This document shows, piece after piece, positions 17,965 through 20,037 of a stretch of DNA of 20,037 nucleotides; positions within the stretch are counted from its first letter, which is position 1; every line of letters starts with the position of its first letter. The translations under genes and the position numbers were made by a program. Source of the stretch: Octopus sinensis. Its lineage: Eukaryota. The DNA lies in NCBI RefSeq assembly GCF_006345805.1, contig NW_021824017.1, forward strand, positions 1 through 20,037, written 5' to 3'. The notes under the pieces are model-generated. The model was not told the DNA's origin. It searched no databases and saw only the letters and a list, made by a program, of their open reading frames with translations.

Positions 17965-18381
17965 TTTTATTTTTATTTTTTTATTACTTGTTTCAGTCAT
18001 TTGACTGCGGCCATGCTAGAGCACCGCCTTTAGTCGAGCAAATCGACCCCAGGACTTATTCATTGTAAGCCTAGTACTTATTCTATCGGGCTCCTTTAAT
18101 CAAACCACTAAGTTGCGGGGACGTAAACTCATCAGCATCTGTTGTCAAGCGGTGTTAGGGGTACAAACACAGACACGCAAACATACACCACACACACGCA
18201 TATATATACATATATACGACGGGCTTCTTTCAGTTTTCCGTCTACCAAATTCACTCACAAGGCTTTGGTCGGCCCGAGGCTAAAGTAGAAGGCACTTGCC
18301 CAAGGTGCTACGCAGTGGGACTGAACCTGGAACCATGTGGCTGGTAAGCAAGCAACTTACCACACAGCCACTCCTACGCCT
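17965..18381 (-). mobile_element. Full-length SINE family A
   Basis: Colinear reverse complement of 3565-3990. Confidence 0.92.
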
Positions 18382-18400
18382 AATAATTGATTAATTAAAA

Positions 18401-18617
18401 GGCGATGGGTTTGCAGGATCGTTAAAGCGTCAATGTTCCTTGCGGTGTTTAATTGTGGTCTTTATGTTCCATATTTCAATCCTGCCTATGGCTTCTTTGT
18501 CTTTTACCCTTCCCGGGGTCAATAAAACTGTGTAACGGACACGTAGTGAGGTCAGCATAATCGACCTTTCCCCTGCTCGCTAATCTCTGACCATCTACCT
18601 ACGTCAGAAGAAGTTAT
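18401..18617 (+). mobile_element. Old, degenerate SINE family B
   Basis: Diverged but colinear: ggcgatgggtttgcaggatcgtta...cttttacccttcccggggtcaataaa...aatcgac. Confidence 0.65.
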
Positions 18618-19049
18618 CGAGTGATTTGTGAAAAGCTTTTGCCACGAAACCCAAAACCCTTTTCAATGAGTTCGCTGTTACTGTATTTTCTCATTGGCTG
18701 GGTGTCTGATGTGCGCACTCGAGCGTATATACAGTATGTACATCTACACACACAAACACAGAAACTCACACTCGCACACGCTCAAGCACATACATATAGA
18801 TATAGATATGTATATATATGTATGTTCAAACGATGAATACCTTTGCGTAAACTATTGGTTCGTTTTGTTCTTACTTTATTATCATCTTATAATCATCTCA
18901 TAATAATGACTTTTATGACTCGTATTACTACCTCAGTCAATCTAAATGTTATATTTGTCGTTACCTGTCATAGATAGCTTTTTTTTCTATTGCAATGCAT
19001 TTCGTTGGTTTTTCATATGATACCCTTACATTTCCACGTTATATTTTCT

Positions 19050-19067
19050 TTTCGTAATATATTCTAC

Positions 19068-19100
<33 letters not shown>

Positions 19101-19127
19101 GTATATATATATATAATTATATATATT

Positions 19128-19160
<33 letters not shown>

Positions 19161-19231
19161 AACACAAATACGCTCACGCACATACACATAGATATAGAAA
19201 TGTATATATATGTATATATAATTATATATAT

Positions 19232-19312
<81 letters not shown>

Positions 19313-19370
19313 AACACACATACGCTCAGCACATTACACATAGATATAGAAATGTATATATATGTATATA

Positions 19371-19438
<68 letters not shown>

Positions 19439-19536
19439 ATATATACATACTACATATATATATTATATAATATATATATAAACACACATACGCTCCGCAC
19501 TACACATAAATATAGAAATGTATATATATGTATATA

Positions 19537-19576
<40 letters not shown>

Positions 19577-19600
19577 ACATCCATACACACACATATATAT
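19050..19600. repeat. Higher-order repeat of a (TA)n-embedded ~60-bp core (3 copies, period ~152-168 bp)
   Basis: Core aaacacacatacgctc...gatatagaaatgtatatatatgtatatataatt at 19160, 19312 and 19480. Confidence 0.85.
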
Positions 19601-19757
19601 ATACGACGGGCTTCTTTCAGTTTCTATCTACCAAATCTACTCACAAGGCTTTGGTCGGCCCGAGGCTAAAGTAGAAGACACTTGCCCAAGGTGCCACGCA
19701 GTGGGACTGAACCCGGAACCATGTGGTTGGTAAGCAAGCTCCTTACCACAGAGCAAC
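19600..19757 (-). mobile_element. SINE family A, 5' half
   Basis: Near-identical to 18224-18365; the source of the MVPGSVPLRGTLGKCLLL pseudo-ORF. Confidence 0.92.
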
Positions 19758-19907
19758 ATATGTGTATACACACATACACACTCACACACACACATACATA
19801 TATATATATATACAGACACACATATGAGTTTCTGTAAATCAGTCTGAAACGGTGCATTGAGTTTTGTCCCTTTTCCAACAAAAGGTAAACATAAATTGTT
19901 CGATAAA

Positions 19908-20030
19908 GGGAGATCGATAAAATAAATACCATAAATGCCATATTAACACAGATACTGGGGTCGATATGATCGACTGAAAATCCTTCGAGCAGTTGCCCCA
20001 GAATGGTCGCCATCTCTTTACTTAAACCAG
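19908..20030 (+). mobile_element. SINE 3' fragment (shared stem-loop module and A-type tail)
   Basis: gatcgataaaataaatacc...ctggggtcgatatgatcgact...gccccagaatggtcgc. Confidence 0.6.
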
Positions 20031-20037
20031 TAAACCG

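Noticed and set aside
19666-20013. ORFs containing MVPGSVPLRGTLGKCLLL or RPRKDERQSRPRRNLNSER (also 13875, 14395, 15498, 15763, 16910)
   Set aside because: These are translations of SINE A and SINE B, recurring at every copy; they are not genes.

Overview
AT-rich eukaryotic non-coding DNA (intergenic, or inside a very long intron) that is full of microsatellites and tRNA-derived SINEs. I recognise the SINE families as octopus/coleoid cephalopod type, from memory of the sequences and not from a search. No intact protein-coding gene is supported, and almost all ORFs in the track are microsatellite or SINE read-through. There are three decayed transposon coding remnants: an RTE-type LINE 3' end (6051-6505, -), an R4/Dong-type restriction-like-endonuclease LINE (8726-10037, -) and a Chapaev3-like (CMC) DNA transposase (16087-17539, +). 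The window also holds a 236-bp Tc1/mariner-type MITE, about 17 SINE copies or fragments from four families (my labels A-D), several with clean target-site duplications (TSDs), and a 1.64-kb (ATGT)n array. The most interesting signals are: a ~46-bp hairpin with G-U bias resembling a pri-miRNA (372-485); a SINE subfamily whose 3' end always joins GGT(A/G), including inside itself; an R4 LINE whose 3' end abuts (TACA)n; a stem-loop conserved across SINE copies; a duplicated CRE+E-box cassette; and two minisatellites built from SINE parts.
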